From Fistulifera solaris (taxonomy: Eukaryota): DNA of 64,000 nt. The position numbers and the translations under genes were made by a program. The stretch covers positions 62,001-126,000 of the forward strand of contig AP026134.1 of the NCBI GenBank assembly GCA_030295235.1. Direction: 5' to 3'. Below the pieces are notes generated by a model that was given only the letters and a program-made list of their open reading frames with translations, did not search any database and had not been told where the DNA came from. This document shows positions 61,957 to 64,000 of the stretch, piece by piece. How positions within the stretch are numbered: the stretch's first letter is position 1; each line of letters opens with the position of its first letter.

Positions 61957-64000
61957 TCATTGGACCAGAAGCACTTGGAACCACTCCATCGTCCAACCCG
62001 CTTCGGTGGACACAATTTCCAGTTGTTGGGTTCCTTGTGTCAAAGGTGCATTCGCGTAAACGTACGTCCATTCGTCGCGTCGGGTCGTTAGGGGCAAGGT
62101 ATCAATTCGTGTCAGCGACACTCCATTGGACAATAGTTCCAATCCTCCACTGCCATCCATACTCGACACTTTGAACAAAAACTCGTACGTTCCGGTCGAT
62201 CCAACTTCCACTTTGTAGGACGCTGAATCGCCTTGATTCAACCAGCTGCCTTCCTCGGTCACACCCACTTGTTGCAGCAAACAGTACTCGTCGCGTCCCA
62301 CACGGGATGGTTGCGTGGGGTCTACATAAATGAGAGCGGCAGTGTCACATCCCGATCCACCACCACCCAATAAGGATCCCAAAAAGGAAGGATTGCGTGT
62401 GCATAGGGTCAGGTTGGTGTTGTTGGCCAGTGACATCAGAGCCAGGACTCCGTCTTCGGCTTTGAAGGTCGAATTGGTATTCGTTGTGGCATTCAACGCC
62501 AAAACTTCGGCAAAAACATCGGTGGACACGGAAGGCGTTGCTGCTGCCAAATGATCCATCAGATCCTTATAAAGATCTGTCGCTGAAACGGAAAATGCGC
62601 TAGCCGATGAATCTAACATCTTCCAGGTCCACCAGGACCAGCTCGTTTGTGTCTCTTCCAACTCTTCTACAGCTTCCGCATTCCAGGTGACATCGTAGGA
62701 ACCCGGTTTAAAAAAAGAGAGGCACATTGTAAGACTCGCTGTAATTGGTAAAACGAACTAATTGATCGGTGAAGTTGGCCTCTCCTTCGTCTTGAAAGCC
62801 AAGAACCACGTTTTGGTCGTCCATTGGCCACAATCCGGTGTGATGGCTTCCGCCACAATTCCCGTTGATGACAATCATGTGATTCTGATCGACGGCACGA
62901 ATGGCATCGATGGCCTGCATATAGAATGATTTGAGCTCAGCATTGTCTTCCTCCCAGCATGTAGCGTTGGTGTCGTTGGAAAATGTCCAATTTACGGCGC
63001 TGAGAAGTTCATATCCGGCAATCCAGGGATTTTCGGAATAGCGGTAGGCCAATGCTTGCCACAAAACAAGGGCTTTGTATTGATTGTCGGGGCTTTCGAA
63101 TAAAGCAGGCCGAGAAGCGTTGTAGTCGGTGATCGACATTTCGCGGGATTGACCGCCCGGCGCCGCTTGTAAATCTAACATCACGTACACTCCTTCTTCG
63201 GAACACCACGACAGAAGGTCGTCTAGCAATTTGAACCCAGTGCCAACCCAGCTCGTCAGTCCACGAATGGGCTCGTCTTCCACCGATAGAGTGAACAGTT
63301 CGTAGTGCATTGGCACGCGGACAAGATTAAAACCGATCGATTTCATCTCTTTGATATCTTGTCGAGAAACGAAATTTGCAAGCCATCTCTGCTTAAACTT
63401 CGCATGATTGTCGCCACCAACAATACTTTTTAATTTTTGATGATATACACCTGGAGATTTCGCGAATTCGTCCGCCAGCATCATGTTGGGCTCTTGAACC
63501 ATCCATCCGCCCAGTGATATACCCTTGAATTGTACGGCGAAGCCATCTGGATCTACGACGATTTGCTCGTATGCGCGGACAAATCCAGTCGGATCCGTTT
63601 CACTCTCCGTAAATGTTGGTACTTCTTCAATCTTGAGCCACAGTAGACTCCAGCCGGGCTCTGTTGCAAGAATTTGTAAATCGAAGGAACCTCGTGGCAG
63701 GTCCACGAATCGAGTGACAGTTCTCCAAGTCATCCAGTTTCCTGTTGCGGGTAAATCATCATAGGCGGCAAATGTTTCTTGAGTCTCATAATTCATCATC
63801 TCAAAAGCACCTTCTCCCTTGGGACTCGAAATGCGCATTTTCACCGCGTATCGTCCGCTGACGGGAAGCTGCAGGGGATAAGCCACCCAGTTGCCGGCAT
63901 TCATCATTTCGACATCCATCTCGACACCTTCCTTGTAACTGTAGTCTGTTGCATCGAATGTTACTGAATAGATGTCGACTTCATTGGCAGTTAAGGTTGT
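61957..64000 (-). CDS. CBM6-GH5-CBM6 modular protein (5' end outside window), catalytic glutamates apparently lost; homopolymer frameshift ~62712
   Basis: CBM6-like MNAGNWVAY...LPATGNWMTWRTV...GWSLLW; GH5 KGISLGGWMVQEP, GFNLVRVPMHY, VMLDLQAAPGGQ, IRAVDQNHMIVING, SWSWWTWK; second CBM6-like WLNQGDSASYKV...AGWTMEWF. Confidence 0.85.

Overview
Gene-dense eukaryotic nuclear DNA, most likely from a diatom. The organism call is inference from short GT-AG introns of about 60-110 nt, signal peptides with RxL or 'AF' motifs, and typical diatom-style orphan families; no database was consulted. About 35 protein-coding loci can be supported. Transport and metabolism: a P2C-like P-type ATPase, MOT1, a CrtI-type desaturase, frataxin, GST, a TLC-domain protein and a DUF924-TilS fusion. 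Housekeeping and regulation: MIC60, VPS25, CDC23/APC8, a TALE homeobox factor and RLP24. Chaperones and ATPases: CDC37, two inverted ClpB/Hsp101 paralogs, an FKBP and an AAA+ ATPase. Proteases and glycan-binding proteins: an M14 carboxypeptidase, three tandem M43 metalloproteases and a CBM6-GH5-CBM6 protein. Several secreted or membrane orphan proteins are also present. Many conserved genes carry single-base frameshifts, often in homopolymers, which looks like uncorrected long-read error rather than pseudogenisation. The most interesting signals: (1) a spliced, secreted RRL-processed Gly/Lys tandem-repeat protein that the ORF track misses (silaffin-like candidate); (2) a type I membrane protein with 11 Cys-rich PSI-like repeats and a sorting-motif-rich tail; (3) a GH5 protein lacking both catalytic glutamates; (4) a P2C-like pump with PQGL instead of PEGL; (5) a possible small orphan domain family present three times. 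No rRNA, tRNA, CRISPR array or intact transposon was seen.
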